A program made the translations under genes and the position numbers. Below the pieces are notes generated by a model. That model did no database searches. It saw only the letters and a program-made list of their open reading frames with translations, and was not told the DNA's origin. From NCBI GenBank assembly GCA_919901585.1, contig CAKKPH010000111.1, positions 1 through 38,528 of the forward strand: a DNA stretch of 38,528 nt, in the 5' to 3' direction. Each line of letters starts with the position of its first letter. Within the stretch, counting starts at the first letter, position 1. The DNA is from Thermodesulfovibrionales bacterium. GTDB lineage: Bacteria; Nitrospirota; Thermodesulfovibrionia; Thermodesulfovibrionales; UBA9159. This document shows positions 37,795 through 38,528 of this stretch, one piece after another.

Positions 37795-38528
37795 TTATGC
37801 CTCCATGAAGATTTCCGTGAAAAGGGCTTCGTCTGCTTTAAGTTCAATGCCAAGAGAGTAAAGGTTCTCCGGTAGCTCAAGCCCTTTTACTTTGATTATA
37901 TCCTTTTCCGTGGTCACAATCCATTCTGCCCCGCAGTTCCCCGCAGCCTTTTTGATTAACGACATATCATTATTAGTATAGTTATGATGGTCCCTGAATG
38001 ACATAAAGCCTTTGAGTTCAAGGCCTATGCCGAGCAATGTGTCCCTTAAAGAACAGGGGTTGCCTATGCCGCAAAAACCGAACACAGGCATGCCGGAGAT
38101 ACTGTCAACCGGCAATCGTTTATTGTTGCTTATGACTGTTAAATAAGAAGGCCTGTGTTCGGAAAGATATATTTTTGCAGCAGGATTATACGTCCTGATG
38201 TCATTCATGAGTCCTTCTTCCACTTCCCGCTGAAGCCGTGTTTTTGTGATAACAATCAAGTTTGCTCTTTTAATCTCCTTCAGGGGTTCTCTCAGTATTC
38301 CGGACGGCAGGAGCCTCCTGTTGCCGAACGGGTTTGTATTGTCTATCAGGAGGATATCCAGATCCCTGTAAAGGCCCCAGTGCTGATATCCGTCATCGAG
38401 TATAAACACTAAGCGCTGATGGCTGATGGCTGATGGCCTGGCGCTTAAGGCGTTAAGTGCAAATAGCCCGCCCTCGTACCTGTTGCTACATTTTACAATG
38501 GGGACATCCTTTAATCGGTTAGCCATCA
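37795..38528 (-). CDS. lpxK: Tetraacyldisaccharide 4'-kinase, 3' part (5' end outside window)
   Basis: ILDDGYQH, LLPSGILREP, FCGIGNP, FRDHH, VTTEKD. Confidence 0.9.
   Translation of the reverse strand, partial: MANRLKDVPIVKCSNRYEGGLFALNALSARPSAISHQRLVFILDDGYQHWGLYRDLDILLIDNTNPFGNRRLLPSGILREPLKEIKRANLIVITKTRLQREVEEGLMNDIRTYNPAAKIYLSEHRPSYLTVISNNKRLPVDSISGMPVFGFCGIGNPCSLRDTLLGIGLELKGFMSFRDHHNYTNNDMSLIKKAAGNCGAEWIVTTEKDIIKVKGLELPENLYSLGIELKADEALFTEIFMEA
38415..38437. repeat. In-frame 7-bp tandem repeat (3 copies) inside lpxK
   Basis: GCTGATG x3, encoding PSAISHQR on the minus strand; flanked by TAAGCGC (38410) and GCGCTTA (38441). Confidence 0.85.

Overview
A gene-dense bacterial chromosomal segment, probably from an anaerobic Nitrospirota (Thermodesulfovibrionia-like) or deltaproteobacterial-type organism; this is inferred from gene content only. 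Left part: housekeeping genes (partial rnr, TIGR02757 family, apgM, TatD-radical SAM fusion, hisS-divIVA-yggT-proC, yggS, radical SAM, pgi, PpiC lipoprotein). An opposite-strand, secreted tandem-DUF1566 gene splits the yggS-proC cluster. Middle: a folate/C1 (Wood-Ljungdahl methyl-branch-type) cluster, cooC-fau(frameshifted)-[island]-folE-folD-metV-metF. It is interrupted by a ~2.6 kb island of toxin-antitoxin, MazG-like, restriction-modification and Fur remnants. Next is a ~12.3 kb, 11-gene non-canonical chemosensory operon: DUF4388, CheY, CheA, ExeA-type ATPase, CheW, MCP, CheW, HEAT, CheR, CheB, CheY. Its only receptor has no periplasmic sensor but carries a C-terminal, predicted cytoplasmic PhnD/PtxB-like phosphate/phosphite/phosphonate-binding domain. 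Right: rlmN, ahcY, metK, yjbQ and partial lpxK. A recurring signal is 7-bp tandem repeats. They occur in-frame in four housekeeping genes, form a perfect 16-bp intergenic hairpin, and a 7-bp duplication frameshifts the fur gene. No rRNA, tRNA, CRISPR array, transposase or reverse transcriptase was recognised.
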